NCBI GenBank assembly: GCA_003554735.1
Contig: PWHE01000103.1
Span: forward strand, 3,262 to 67,261
DNA: 64,000 nucleotides
Source of the DNA: Mollicutes bacterium
Lineage (GTDB): Bacteria > Bacillota_I > Bacilli_A > Izemoplasmatales > Izemoplasmataceae
Direction: 5' to 3'
Below are positions 25,056 through 34,880 of this stretch, one piece after another. Both the position numbers and the translations under genes were made by a program. The notes under the pieces were generated by a model that was not told the origin of the DNA, made no database searches, and saw only the letters and a program-made list of their open reading frames with translations. Within the stretch, counting starts at the first letter, position 1, and the number at the start of each line of letters is the position of its first letter.

Positions 25056-26069
25056 TTGTTAATTAGAACGGTCAGTGAATCTTTAAAAAAGAGTTCATCT
25101 TTTTTGAATCGATCGGTGGTTATTGGTTATCATGGATGCAAAGAAAAGAGGAGTGTTATCATCGGAGAGTATGACGTATTGCTTTATTATCATTTCACCG
25201 CCATTGAGGACACCAAACGTTTCCGTGATGCGCATCACGAACTTGCGCACTCACTGGGTCTCAAGGGACGGATTTATATAGCGGAAGAAGGCATAAATGG
25301 AACAGTATCAGGCACTCCGAATCAAACACGGGTCTATATGGAAACACTCAAAAAAGACCCAAGGTTCCAATCCATGCGGTTTAAAATCGACACGGCGGAT
25401 GAACATGCCTTCCACAAACTGCATGTCCGCATCAGACCCGAACTCGTCAACTTTTCGCAACCGGACATCGATCCGAGAAAGGATACCGGGGAGTATATCA
25501 AACCCGAAAGATTCAAACAGGAGATGAACAGGGAGGATACCATCGTGATTGACGCGCGAAACGACTATGAGTATGACCTCGGTCACTTCAGGGGCGCCAT
25601 CCGCCCGGACATCCGAAACTTTCGCGAACTGCCCGAATGGATTGAAAAGAATGCATCCCTGCTTAAGGGGAAAAGGATTCTGACCTACTGTACGGGCGGC
25701 ATCCGGTGCGAGAAATTCACCGGCTGGCTGCACAAAAAAGGATACGACGATGTCGCTCAGCTCGAAGGCGGCATCATAACATACGGGCAAGACGAGAAGA
25801 CACGGGGTGAAGCATGGGACGGCGCGTTATTCGTATTTGACAAGCGACTGAGTGTTCCGCTCAACCGTGTTGACCCACTCATTATCGGTCGCGATCATTT
25901 CACCGGCGAACCGTGCGAGCGCTACATCAATTGCGCCAACCCCGAATGCAACAAAAAGATCCTTTGCACCGAGGAGAACGAACGACGTTTCATGGCTTCT
26001 TGCAGTGAAACATGCAGAAACCACCCCAAGAACGGCTATTTCCGCCCCGACCAAACACAAACTGTTTGA
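25056..26069 (+). CDS. trhO: rhodanese-domain tRNA uridine(34) hydroxylase TrhO (UPF0176/YceA family); start uncertain
   Basis: YDVLLYYHF...[16 protein letters not shown], the rhodanese loop YCTGGIRCE, and a C-terminal Cys cluster. Canonical starts TTG 25056/25104 and GTG 25116 lack an RBS. ATC 25158/25161 follows AAGAGGAG. Confidence 0.85.
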   Translation: MLIRTVSESLKKSSSFLNRSVVIGYHGCKEKRSVIIGEYDVLLYYHFTAIEDTKRFRDAHHELAHSLGLKGRIYIAEEGINGTVSGTPNQTRVYMETLKKDPRFQSMRFKIDTADEHAFHKLHVRIRPELVNFSQPDIDPRKDTGEYIKPERFKQEMNREDTIVIDARNDYEYDLGHFRGAIRPDIRNFRELPEWIEKNASLLKGKRILTYCTGGIRCEKFTGWLHKKGYDDVAQLEGGIITYGQDEKTRGEAWDGALFVFDKRLSVPLNRVDPLIIGRDHFTGEPCERYINCANPECNKKILCTEENERRFMASCSETCRNHPKNGYFRPDQTQTV

Positions 26070-26195
26070 AATCATCTACAAATAAAAATTAAAAAGTTTA
26101 CGAACACAAGGAAAACCCCCTTACAATTCATTTCACAAGGTGTATAATGAAAATAGATATCGTGTAAACGATTTCACAATGAAGGAGGATTTCCT

Positions 26196-26474
26196 ATGCT
26201 GGAGAAAAAGATTTATGCCAATGGGCAGAAGGTCTACGACCTCACGGACAACTACCTCACCTATTACTTCAAGGATGGTTCACTGAAAGCGAAAGGCCCT
26301 ATCAAAGGCAACAAAAAAGACGGTGAGTGGAAACATTATCGCAAAGACGGTCATCTGTGGAAAATCGGAACCTACAAAAACGGCAAACGTCACGGACGTT
26401 GGCAACGTTTCAGCCCCGAAGGGCAAGTGGAAGCCGATGAATATTATGAAGAAGGAATCCGTGTGAAACAATGA
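26196..26474 (+). CDS. MORN-repeat (YwqK-like) small protein
   Basis: Repeats: YYFKDGSLKAKGPIKGNKKDGEWKHYRKDGHLWKIGTYKNGKRHGRWQRFSPEGQ. Confidence 0.7.
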   Translation: MLEKKIYANGQKVYDLTDNYLTYYFKDGSLKAKGPIKGNKKDGEWKHYRKDGHLWKIGTYKNGKRHGRWQRFSPEGQVEADEYYEEGIRVKQ

Positions 26475-26582
26475 ATCCGGAAAAGAGAGCGTACGCAATC
26501 CCTGCGGCGCTTTCTTTTTGCATTCCCTTTGCGTTGACATCCCCTCAAGGCTGTGTTAATGTTAGAAAAAACTAACATACTG

Positions 26583-26775
26583 TGTGAAAGAGGCTGCGTG
26601 TGTCCATGAGTACCCTGAGGGAAATGGGGCCGCGCCGAAGTGCGTAAGCACTGGGGTCATGCTCAACAGGCATGAGACTTGCCCGGAACGCTTGCCCGAG
26701 CGTTTCTGACTGCGCTTTGACACGGTGGGGCGAAGGGTTGTTCGGGCCTCGGACCTTTGTCCGCGGCTTTTTATT
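26583..26775 (+). promoter_or_regulatory. lysine riboswitch (L-box) with terminator
   Basis: GAAAGAGGCTGCG...GAGTACC...GGGAAATGGGGCCGCGCCGAAG...CTGACTGCGCTTTGACACGGTGGGGCGAAGGG matches L-box core elements. Terminator GCCTCGGAC/GTCCGCGGC plus TTTTT lies at 26746-26772. The promoter is TTGACA-17-TAATGT at 26534-26562. Confidence 0.8.
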
Positions 26776-26795
26776 ATTTTGGAGGGATTAAATCC

Positions 26796-27938
26796 ATGAA
26801 CGAAGACAGACTGATTCAGCAAATGACAAAGGACAGGAGAGCGTTGCACCAAATCCCGGAACTTGAATTCAACCTTCATAAAACCCATGCGTACGTCAAA
26901 GAAAGGCTTGAATCAATGGGCTATACGACCGAAACCATCGCTGAGACCGGACTGATCGCCGTCAAGGAAGGCAGCGCTTCTAGCGACGAAACCATTGCAT
27001 TCCGTTCCGACATGGATGCGCTCAGTGTGAGCGAGGCCACCGGCGTCCCTTTTTCATCCCAACATCCTGGTGCCATGCATGCTTGCGGCCATGATGGTCA
27101 TATGGCGCTTCTCTTGGGATTGGCCGAACATTTGAAGGATAAGCCGCTCAAAACCAATGTCGCGTTTTTGTTCCAACCCGCCGAAGAAGAACCGGGTGGC
27201 GCGAAGGTGATCGTCGAAGACGGTGTCCTCAGCCGCTACAATATCCGAAAGATTTTCGGTTTCCATCTCTACCCCGAACTTGAGGAAGGCAAAATAGGCC
27301 TCGTGGACGGTCCGGCGCTGGCACGAAGCGGTGTGTTCGATGTCGTGATTCACGGCAAAAGCGCGCATGGAGCCATGCCCCATGGCGGCAACGACAGCAT
27401 CACCGCGGCCCTTTCGCTGATCAACAACTACCAAAGCATTGTGACGAAGATGCTGGACCCATTCATCCCTTCCGTCATATGCATCGGAACGATCAAGGGC
27501 GGGGAGGCCCGCAACATCATTGCCAAACAGACCGAATTCAACGGAACCATCCGAACATTTGATGAGGACAACTATCGGACCATCAAGCATCACATGCGAA
27601 CGATGGCGGACAATACAAACGCTTCATTCGGCGTCAAAGTGGATCTTGAGATTACCGATTTCTACCCTGCTGTCATCAACGATTCGACATTGTTTAAAAT
27701 TGTGAATGAGGCACTTCCTCAAGCATCGAAACGGCATATTCGACCGATGATGTTTTCTGAGGATTTCTCCTTTTACCAACAAGAAATCCCCGGCTTTTTC
27801 ATGATGCTCGGCACTCGCAGTGAAACCGATGGGTATACCCATCCGCTTCACAGTTGCTACTTCAATTTCAACGAACCGGTTCTCATCGAAGGCTTAAAAG
27901 CGTATGACCGCATTCTCGAGGCCTTGGGTGCCCTTTAA
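26796..27938 (+). CDS. M20-family amidohydrolase, probable N-acetyldiaminopimelate deacetylase (YkuR type)
   Basis: RRALHQIPELEF and MHACGHDGH motifs. It sits directly behind an L-box. ATG 26796 follows TTGGAGGGA. Confidence 0.8.
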   Translation: MNEDRLIQQMTKDRRALHQIPELEFNLHKTHAYVKERLESMGYTTETIAETGLIAVKEGSASSDETIAFRSDMDALSVSEATGVPFSSQHPGAMHACGHDGHMALLLGLAEHLKDKPLKTNVAFLFQPAEEEPGGAKVIVEDGVLSRYNIRKIFGFHLYPELEEGKIGLVDGPALARSGVFDVVIHGKSAHGAMPHGGNDSITAALSLINNYQSIVTKMLDPFIPSVICIGTIKGGEARNIIAKQTEFNGTIRTFDEDNYRTIKHHMRTMADNTNASFGVKVDLEITDFYPAVINDSTLFKIVNEALPQASKRHIRPMMFSEDFSFYQQEIPGFFMMLGTRSETDGYTHPLHSCYFNFNEPVLIEGLKAYDRILEALGAL

Positions 27939-28013
27939 TATTTTGTTTGTTCTTGTTGACACCCCTGTTTCTTTATGTTAAACTTTAAATCGAAAATTAC
28001 ATAACCGTACCGT

Positions 28014-28223
28014 GAAAAAGGAGGCCGCGTTCAGTCAAGAGTACCTTGCAAGAGGGAAAGGGGCGAACGCCGAAGCGCACATTGTGCGTTGGGCCTGCGC
28101 TTAATAGGCGTAGGACTGTTCGAATGGGTTGCCCAACCCGGGAGAAAGCGCTTTGACATGGTGGGCGAAAGGTAGTTATATCTAAAAAATATAGCCATGA
28201 GCCTTTTGCTCATGGCTTTTTTG
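28014..28223 (+). promoter_or_regulatory. lysine riboswitch (L-box) with terminator
   Basis: GAAAAAGGAGGCCGCGTTCAGTCAAGAGTACC...GGGCGAACGCCGAAG...GGACTGTTCGAATGG...GCGCTTTGACATGGTGGGCGAAAGG. Terminator AGCCATGAG/CTCATGGCT plus TTTTTT lies at 28193-28222. The promoter is TTGACA-17-TAAACT at 27956-27984. Confidence 0.85.
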
Positions 28224-28258
28224 TATATTGAAAACTACCTATGGAAGAAGGAATCATC

Positions 28259-29563
28259 ATGAAATTATTCGGCACACAGACCATTAACGACGCATCCACA
28301 CTGGTCATCGGAGGCGTTGATGTAAAAACCCTGCAAAAACAGTTCGGAACTCCGCTTTACGTCATGGACGAAACGCATATCCGGAATCAATGCCGTTGGT
28401 TCACGCAACATTTCGTCAGTGAACGTGTACGCTCCGAAGTGATCTATGCTTCAAAAGCATTCCTTACCATCGCGATGTGCAGACTCATCGAGGCAGAAGG
28501 TCTTTCGCTCGATGTTGTGAGTGGCGGCGAACTTTACACAGCCTTCAAAGCAGGCTTTCCGATGGAACGTGTCTATTTCCATGGCAACAACAAATCCGCC
28601 GAAGAACTCTCCATGGCTCTGAAGCACAATGTGGGAACCATCATTCTCGACAACGAGAACGAACTTGACATGTTGCTGAAACAGATTAAGCCCCCTCAGA
28701 CCATCAATGTGTTGCTTCGTCTTAATCCCGGGATTGAGGCCCATACGCACGAGTACATTGCGACCACGAAAAACGACTCCAAATTCGGGCTTTCCGTTTT
28801 TGCTGAAAAGACGCTCGATGTCATTCGCAGAATCGATGCGAGTGATGGCCTTTGCTTTCGAGGCTTTCACTCCCACATCGGGTCACAGATTTTCGAGGAA
28901 GCCTCGTTTATCGAGCATGCACGAGCCATCATGAAATACGTTGCCGAGGTCAAAGACGCCACAGGCATCGAGGTTGAAGCGATCAATCTCGGTGGCGGTT
29001 TCGGGGTACGCTATACCGAAGAAGACCGTCCCATCGACAATGCCGAGTTCCTCAACCATGTTCTTGATACAGTTTTTGAGGAAGCGACACGCGCCGGTGT
29101 GACGGTGCCACGTGTCATGATCGAACCGGGAAGGGCGATTGTGGCCAATGCCGGCACCACCCTTTACGAAGTCGGATCCACGAAAACGACATTCTCCGGA
29201 CGCAATTATGTGTTTGTGGACGGGTCGATGGCCGATCATATCCGGACCTCGCTTTATGGTGCTGAGTATCACGGGGTGTTGGCGAACCGTATGGATGAAA
29301 AGCCCTTGGATTCTTACACCGTGACCGGAAAGGCGTGTGAGTCCGGCGACATCATCATCCGTCACCTCACACTGCCCACTCCGGAAAAAGGCGACCTACT
29401 GGCTGTGTTTTCCACCGGAGCCTACCATTATTCCATGGCATCCAATTACAACCGGCTTCAAAGACCGGCCGTCGTATTCGTCAAAGAAGGCAAAGCGACG
29501 TGCGTGGTCCGACGCGAAAGCTACGACGATCTGATCCGCAATGATGTGGATGTGAGACTATGA
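28259..29563 (+). CDS. lysA: diaminopimelate decarboxylase
   Basis: Orn/DAP/Arg decarboxylase fold patterns (YASKAFL, HSHIGSQ, GGGFGVRY, ESGD). It is the first gene after the L-box. Confidence 0.95.
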   Translation: MKLFGTQTINDASTLVIGGVDVKTLQKQFGTPLYVMDETHIRNQCRWFTQHFVSERVRSEVIYASKAFLTIAMCRLIEAEGLSLDVVSGGELYTAFKAGFPMERVYFHGNNKSAEELSMALKHNVGTIILDNENELDMLLKQIKPPQTINVLLRLNPGIEAHTHEYIATTKNDSKFGLSVFAEKTLDVIRRIDASDGLCFRGFHSHIGSQIFEEASFIEHARAIMKYVAEVKDATGIEVEAINLGGGFGVRYTEEDRPIDNAEFLNHVLDTVFEEATRAGVTVPRVMIEPGRAIVANAGTTLYEVGSTKTTFSGRNYVFVDGSMADHIRTSLYGAEYHGVLANRMDEKPLDSYTVTGKACESGDIIIRHLTLPTPEKGDLLAVFSTGAYHYSMASNYNRLQRPAVVFVKEGKATCVVRRESYDDLIRNDVDVRL

Positions 29564-30759
29564 TCGTACAGAAATACGGTGGCTCCTCCCTTGCGACCAT
29601 GGAGAAAATGCGCCATGTCGCAGAAAAAATCAGCCGTGCGAAAGAACGGCACGGCCATGTCGTGGTGGTTGTCTCCGCGATGGGACAAACCACCAATAAT
29701 CTCATAAAGATGGCGAAAAGCGCTGTGAAGAGCCCAACCAAACGGGAACTCGACATGCTGCTTTCGACCGGTGAGCAAGTCTCGACGTCCTTGCTTTCGA
29801 TGATGCTCAACGAGTCTTCTCACCCGGCGGTCAGTCTGAACGGCTTTCAGGCGGGTATTCAGACCGAAGGCCTTTACACGAAAAATCGCATCAAGGATAT
29901 CGACATAAGCCGTATCCGTCGTTATCTGGATGAAAATCACATCGTGGTCATCACCGGGTTTCAAGGCTACAATCCTGCCGGCGATATCACCACGCTCGGT
30001 CGGGGTGGTTCCGATACCACCGCAGTCGCCATCGCGGCCAAGTTCGGCTGTGATTGTGAAATCTACACGGATGTCGACGGCATCTGCACCATGGACCCAA
30101 GACGCTATCCGCAGGCCAAGAAACTCAAAGAGATAAGCTATGAGGAAATGTGCGAACTGTCCTATCTCGGCGCGAGAGTTATGGAAGGAAGAGCCGTCGA
30201 AATCGCGCAAAAATACAATGTGAATGTCCGTGTCGCCAATGCCCACACAGACGGCAACGGCAGCTGGATAAAGGAGACACCCCCCATGATGGAACAAAAA
30301 TACATTACCGGCATCAGCGTCACTGAAGACATCGTGATGATGAGCCTTCATCGGATTCAAAACAGTGAAAAAGGAGTCAGTGAACTGTTCAGCGCGCTTG
30401 CGGAAAAAGAGGTCAATGTCGATATGATCTCCCAGACGCCGTTGGATGACGGAACCGTATCCTTGGCCTTCACGGCTCCGCAAGAGGACATTGAAATCCT
30501 TCGAGAAACCGTGAACGAGTTGAGGAAATCGTATGCCATAAGCAGGATCGAAGAAGACAGTGAACTTTCCAAAGTGTCCTTGGTCGGCATCGGCATGCGT
30601 TCGCAATCGGGGGTGGCCGCAAGCATCTTCAAGCTTCTTGCCTCGCTCGGCATCCCTTTCAAGCTCATCACGACATCCGATATATCCATCTCCTATACCA
30701 TTCCCAAAAACCATACTGATGAAGCGGTTCGCGTTCTTGCTGAACGCTTCAATCTGTGA
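29560..30759 (+). CDS. lysC: aspartate kinase
   Basis: MIVQKYGGSSLA, VVVVSAMGQTTN, TLGRGGSDTTA, and C-terminal ACT repeats. Its ATG overlaps the lysA stop (ATGA). Confidence 0.95.
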   Translation: MIVQKYGGSSLATMEKMRHVAEKISRAKERHGHVVVVVSAMGQTTNNLIKMAKSAVKSPTKRELDMLLSTGEQVSTSLLSMMLNESSHPAVSLNGFQAGIQTEGLYTKNRIKDIDISRIRRYLDENHIVVITGFQGYNPAGDITTLGRGGSDTTAVAIAAKFGCDCEIYTDVDGICTMDPRRYPQAKKLKEISYEEMCELSYLGARVMEGRAVEIAQKYNVNVRVANAHTDGNGSWIKETPPMMEQKYITGISVTEDIVMMSLHRIQNSEKGVSELFSALAEKEVNVDMISQTPLDDGTVSLAFTAPQEDIEILRETVNELRKSYAISRIEEDSELSKVSLVGIGMRSQSGVAASIFKLLASLGIPFKLITTSDISISYTIPKNHTDEAVRVLAERFNL

Positions 30760-30767
30760 GGTGCCAT

Positions 30768-31586
30768 ATGATTTTTGAAAAATACCAGGCAACAGGGAAC
30801 GACTTTTTGTTGACGAAGGAGCATCTTGAAAATCCTTCACAAACAGCCCGTTCGATCTGTGACCGCCACTTTGGCATCGGCGGGGATGGATTGATGGTCC
30901 CCGAGCCCAGTGACAAAGCGGACATAAGGATGCGCTACTTCAACTCCGATGGCAGCGAAGCCCCGATGTGCGGCAACGGGATGCGCTGTTTCGCGAAGTT
31001 TGTCGTCGCGCAAAAACTCATCGACACGACACGCTTCACCGTCGAGACTTCCGGTGGGCTGATCGAGCTCGAAATGCATGCGGATGGCGATGTGTCGTTG
31101 GCATTGGAACCGCCGGTCATGAAACACGACCACCCGGATGTCTCATCTCCGACGACCACCGACGAGCCGGTTCTGCTTGAAGCCGCCCATGAAAGCCATA
31201 GCCTTCATATTCTTACACTGGGCACATTGCATGCCATCAGTGTGGTCGAGTCCCTTGAATCCATTGCGTTTGAACCGGTGGGTCACAAACTGTCGACCCA
31301 CGCGTTCTTTCCGAAAGACATCAACGTGAACTTCGTGAGAAAAATAGACGACAACACCCTTGAAATCATGACCTATGAACGCGGTGCCGGCGCCACACTC
31401 TCGTGCGGGACCGGTGTTGCGGCTAGTGCGGTGTTCATGCATAGGAAAGGTTTTGTGAACAAACACGTTACCGTTCATGTGCCGGGCGGAACCCTGCAGG
31501 TGTCGGCCGAAGAGGCCCCGATCCTTAAAGGCCCCGCTGAACGCATTGCCCGTATCGATTACGAAGGAGGTGTCCATAATGGCTGA
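30768..31586 (+). CDS. dapF: diaminopimelate epimerase
   Basis: YQATGNDFLL, NSDGSEAPMCGNG and SCGTG catalytic Cys motifs. Confidence 0.95.
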   Translation: MIFEKYQATGNDFLLTKEHLENPSQTARSICDRHFGIGGDGLMVPEPSDKADIRMRYFNSDGSEAPMCGNGMRCFAKFVVAQKLIDTTRFTVETSGGLIELEMHADGDVSLALEPPVMKHDHPDVSSPTTTDEPVLLEAAHESHSLHILTLGTLHAISVVESLESIAFEPVGHKLSTHAFFPKDINVNFVRKIDDNTLEIMTYERGAGATLSCGTGVAASAVFMHRKGFVNKHVTVHVPGGTLQVSAEEAPILKGPAERIARIDYEGGVHNG

Positions 31587-32538
31587 AATCGCCATCATCG
31601 GCGCGACCGGCATGGTCGGCAGACAAATGCTTGAAAGTCTGGAATCCTCATCATGCCGTGTTGACAGACTGTATCTTTACGCTTCGAAACGAAGTGAGGG
31701 GGTCACGATGACGTTTCGTGGAACGACCGTCACGGTCCGCGCCTTAAGCGAATCATCCATTGAACCATCCATTGACTATGCTTTGTTTTCTGCGGGTGGC
31801 GAGACCGCCCGTGCATACGCACACATCATGCGCAAGCACAACATCGTCATGATCGACAACTCAAGCGCATGGCGCATGGATCCCGAAGTCCCCCTGATCG
31901 TACCGGAAGTCAATAAAGCGCATTACCGGGGTGAACCGCTGATCGCCAACCCCAATTGTTCAACGATTCAGGCCGTGGTTCCCTTGTATGTCATCGGGCG
32001 TCTCTTTGGATTGAAGCGGGTCGCCTATACGACGTATCAGTCCGTGTCGGGATCCGGTCGAAAGGGCATCGACGCACTTGATAATCCTTCGCCTGAAAAA
32101 GGGCACATCAGCGATAATGTCATCCCCCAGATCGATGTGTTCGAAACGGACGGGTATACCAAGGAAGAACACAAAATGATTCACGAGACGCGGAAAATCC
32201 TTCTCGATGAATCGCTTCCCGTCACGGCCACCTGTGTCCGCGTACCGGTCAGCAATGCCCATGCGGTGGCCATCAATGTGACCACGAAAACTCCTGTCGA
32301 TATCGAAGTTCTCAAGCGTCACCTGAACCATCAACCGGGGATCATTCTGACCGACACCATAGAGGATTTGACACCGAAAGCGGCGCGCGATCAAGACGCA
32401 ATCATCGTAGGGCGAATCCGCCCGGACGAGTCGCTTGAAAACACGATACATCTATGGACCGTCGCGGACAATCTCAGAAAAGGCGCGGCTACGAACGCCG
32501 TGCAAATTCTTAAAACCATTATGGAGGGACAAACATGA
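31579..32538 (+). CDS. asd: aspartate-semialdehyde dehydrogenase
   Basis: IAIIGATGMVGRQ, and IANPNCSTI with the active-site Cys. ATG 31579 follows GAAGGAGG and overlaps the dapF end. Confidence 0.95.
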   Translation: MAEIAIIGATGMVGRQMLESLESSSCRVDRLYLYASKRSEGVTMTFRGTTVTVRALSESSIEPSIDYALFSAGGETARAYAHIMRKHNIVMIDNSSAWRMDPEVPLIVPEVNKAHYRGEPLIANPNCSTIQAVVPLYVIGRLFGLKRVAYTTYQSVSGSGRKGIDALDNPSPEKGHISDNVIPQIDVFETDGYTKEEHKMIHETRKILLDESLPVTATCVRVPVSNAHAVAINVTTKTPVDIEVLKRHLNHQPGIILTDTIEDLTPKAARDQDAIIVGRIRPDESLENTIHLWTVADNLRKGAATNAVQILKTIMEGQT

Positions 32539-33422
32539 AACCATTCACAGGGTCAGCCGTCGCGCTGATCACCCCGATGCAAGATGAACAAATCAACTAT
32601 GAGTTGTATAAAGCACTGCTTGAGTGGCACATCGAAGAAAGGACGCAGGCGTTCATCATCACCGGAACCACCGGCGAATCCGCCACACTCGGCAAAGACG
32701 AGAAACTTGAACTGTACCGCATCGCCGTAGAGACAGTCCGAGGTAGAGTCCCTGTCATCGCGAATACGGGAACCAACAACACCACCGAAAGCGTCCTCAT
32801 GTCAAGAGAAGCGGAAAAACTTGGTGTGGATGGCTTGCTGGCGGTCACCCCCTATTACAACAAACCCGACCAGAACGGACTCTATGAACACTTCAGGAGC
32901 ATCGCCGCCGCGGTAAACATCCCCGTCGTGCTTTACAACGTTCCGGGGCGAACCGCGGTGAACCTCGAAGCAAAAACGGTTCTGAAACTCGCGGAGATCG
33001 ATAACATTGTCGGAATCAAAGAGGCATCCGGCGATCTTGACCAAGTCCGAACCATCATTGAAAACACGAGTGACGCTTTCGCGGTCTATTCCGGAAACGA
33101 TGATCTGTACGCCGATATGCTCAAAGCTGGAGGCGACGGCGTGATCAGCGTTGTTGCGAATGTCGACCCCAAGACGACCCAACACCTTTATGAAGTCTAT
33201 CAGACCTCGGAAGACGAAGCCTTCGCTTTGCAGAAGAAACTCGATATCCTGAACGACGTGCTGTTCATCTCACCGAATCCCGTTCCCGCCAAACATGCGC
33301 TTTCGTTCCTTGGTGTGCCGGTCGGGCCAACGCGGCTTCCGCTTACCCCGATGCCAAAAGCCAACGCCGAGACACTTGAAAAAGCGCTCAGCACGTACGG
33401 GGTGAAAGGGATATCACTATGA
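32535..33422 (+). CDS. dapA: 4-hydroxy-tetrahydrodipicolinate synthase
   Basis: GSAVALITPM, GTTGES, YNVPGRT and IVGIKEASGD motifs. 4-nt overlap with asd. Confidence 0.95.
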   Translation: MKPFTGSAVALITPMQDEQINYELYKALLEWHIEERTQAFIITGTTGESATLGKDEKLELYRIAVETVRGRVPVIANTGTNNTTESVLMSREAEKLGVDGLLAVTPYYNKPDQNGLYEHFRSIAAAVNIPVVLYNVPGRTAVNLEAKTVLKLAEIDNIVGIKEASGDLDQVRTIIENTSDAFAVYSGNDDLYADMLKAGGDGVISVVANVDPKTTQHLYEVYQTSEDEAFALQKKLDILNDVLFISPNPVPAKHALSFLGVPVGPTRLPLTPMPKANAETLEKALSTYGVKGISL

Positions 33423-34165
33423 AGGTGATTGTATTCGGAAGCGAAGGGGCCATGGGATCGAACCTGAGAACGGCGCTTGGTGATACCGGCATTGACTTCA
33501 TCGCCGTCGACCCTAAACATGAGGCTCCGGGAGTCGTGAACAACCTGAATGACGTTCAGGAGGGCGATGTGATCATCGATTTTTCCCACCATTCCCACGC
33601 GAAGGCCTTGTCGGAATACGCTGTCCGTACCAATCGACCGCTTGTGGTCGCAACAACTGGCCACACCGAAGATGAGCATCAGGAATTCATCGCGGCCTCC
33701 AAGCATATCCCGATTTTCAAAAGTGCGAACATGTCTTTCGGCGTCAATCTTCTGAGCCGTATTTTAAGGGATTATGCCAGCCTCATCGAAGATGACTACG
33801 ATATTGAAATCATCGAAGCACACCATCGTAACAAGATTGATGCTCCAAGCGGTACCGCGTATTTGTTGGCAGACGCGATCCAGGAAGGCACATCGGGGGA
33901 GAAGGCCTTTGTGCTTGACCGAAACCAGCGCCGGCAGAAACGTTCGAGAGACCAGATCGGCCTTTCAAGCGTTCGGGGCGGATCCATCGCCGGTGAGCAC
34001 ACCGTTCTTTTCGCGGGTGAAAGCGACACCCTCTCCATCACCCACAAAGCACAGAGCAAAACACTCTTCAGCGAAGGCGCGATTCGCGCCGCAAGGTACA
34101 TCATTCATCAAACGCCAGGGTTTTATACCATGGACGATCTCATACAAGAAAGTAGGAAATCATAA
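33419..34165 (+). CDS. dapB: 4-hydroxy-tetrahydrodipicolinate reductase
   Basis: [15 protein letters not shown] signature. 4-nt overlap with dapA. Confidence 0.95.
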   Translation: MKVIVFGSEGAMGSNLRTALGDTGIDFIAVDPKHEAPGVVNNLNDVQEGDVIIDFSHHSHAKALSEYAVRTNRPLVVATTGHTEDEHQEFIAASKHIPIFKSANMSFGVNLLSRILRDYASLIEDDYDIEIIEAHHRNKIDAPSGTAYLLADAIQEGTSGEKAFVLDRNQRRQKRSRDQIGLSSVRGGSIAGEHTVLFAGESDTLSITHKAQSKTLFSEGAIRAARYIIHQTPGFYTMDDLIQESRKS

Positions 34166-34878
34166 TGTCCACTGTCAACCTGACTGACGCATATGAAATT
34201 TCACGATTCATCAAAAATGCCAAAAAATCGACCCCTGTGAAACTCTATATCCGGGGCACACTCTCGGATATCGATTTCAAGGGATGCAAATACTTCGGCG
34301 ATGAGCGAAGCGGTGTCGTTTTCGGTGATATCGCCGATGTCGCCCCGATTTTAGACGCGCATGAAGCGAACATCGAGTCCCATGTGCTCGAATACGACCG
34401 TCGCAACTCGGCTATTCCGTTACTAGACACTACACACATCAACGCCCGCATCGAACCCGGTGCGCATATCCGTGAACATGTGGAGATTGGCGACCGCGCC
34501 GTCATCATGATGGGCGCCGTGCTCAACATCGGCGCCTCCATCGGCGAAGGTACCATGATCGACATGAACGCCGTCATCGGCGCGAGGGGAACCATCGGGA
34601 AGAATGCCCACATCGGTGCCGGCGCCGTGGTGGCCGGCGTGCTTGAACCGCCTTCGAAGACGCCGGTCATTATCGAGAATGATGTTGTTGTGGGGGCCAA
34701 TGCGGTCATTTTGGAAGGGGTTCGCGTCAAACGTGGCGCCATTGTAGCGGCCGGATCCATTGTCACAAGGGATGTTGAAGCGGAGACCGTTGTCGGTGGT
34801 GTGCCCGCTCGGTATATCAAGGACAAAGATGAGCAAACGCGCTCCAAAACCCATATTCTCGATGATTTGAGGGGATAA
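34165..34878 (+). CDS. dapH: tetrahydrodipicolinate N-acetyltransferase (acetyl branch)
   Basis: The N-terminus [21 protein letters not shown] resembles Bacillus DapH, followed by hexapeptide repeats. Confidence 0.9.
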   Translation: MSTVNLTDAYEISRFIKNAKKSTPVKLYIRGTLSDIDFKGCKYFGDERSGVVFGDIADVAPILDAHEANIESHVLEYDRRNSAIPLLDTTHINARIEPGAHIREHVEIGDRAVIMMGAVLNIGASIGEGTMIDMNAVIGARGTIGKNAHIGAGAVVAGVLEPPSKTPVIIENDVVVGANAVILEGVRVKRGAIVAAGSIVTRDVEAETVVGGVPARYIKDKDEQTRSKTHILDDLRG

Positions 34879-34880
34879 TC

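Noticed and set aside
26562-26888. 108-aa minus-strand ORF, and the 60-aa ORF at 28031-28213.
   Set aside because: Both lie over the L-box riboswitch leaders. The GC-rich structured RNA explains the open frames.
29521-30840. 439-aa ORF on the minus strand, the longest unexplained ORF in the track.
   Set aside because: It lies exactly antisense to lysC, whose motifs are unambiguous. Its translation is Arg/Gly/His/Asp-rich low-complexity sequence with no RBS or family motifs. It is a shadow ORF.
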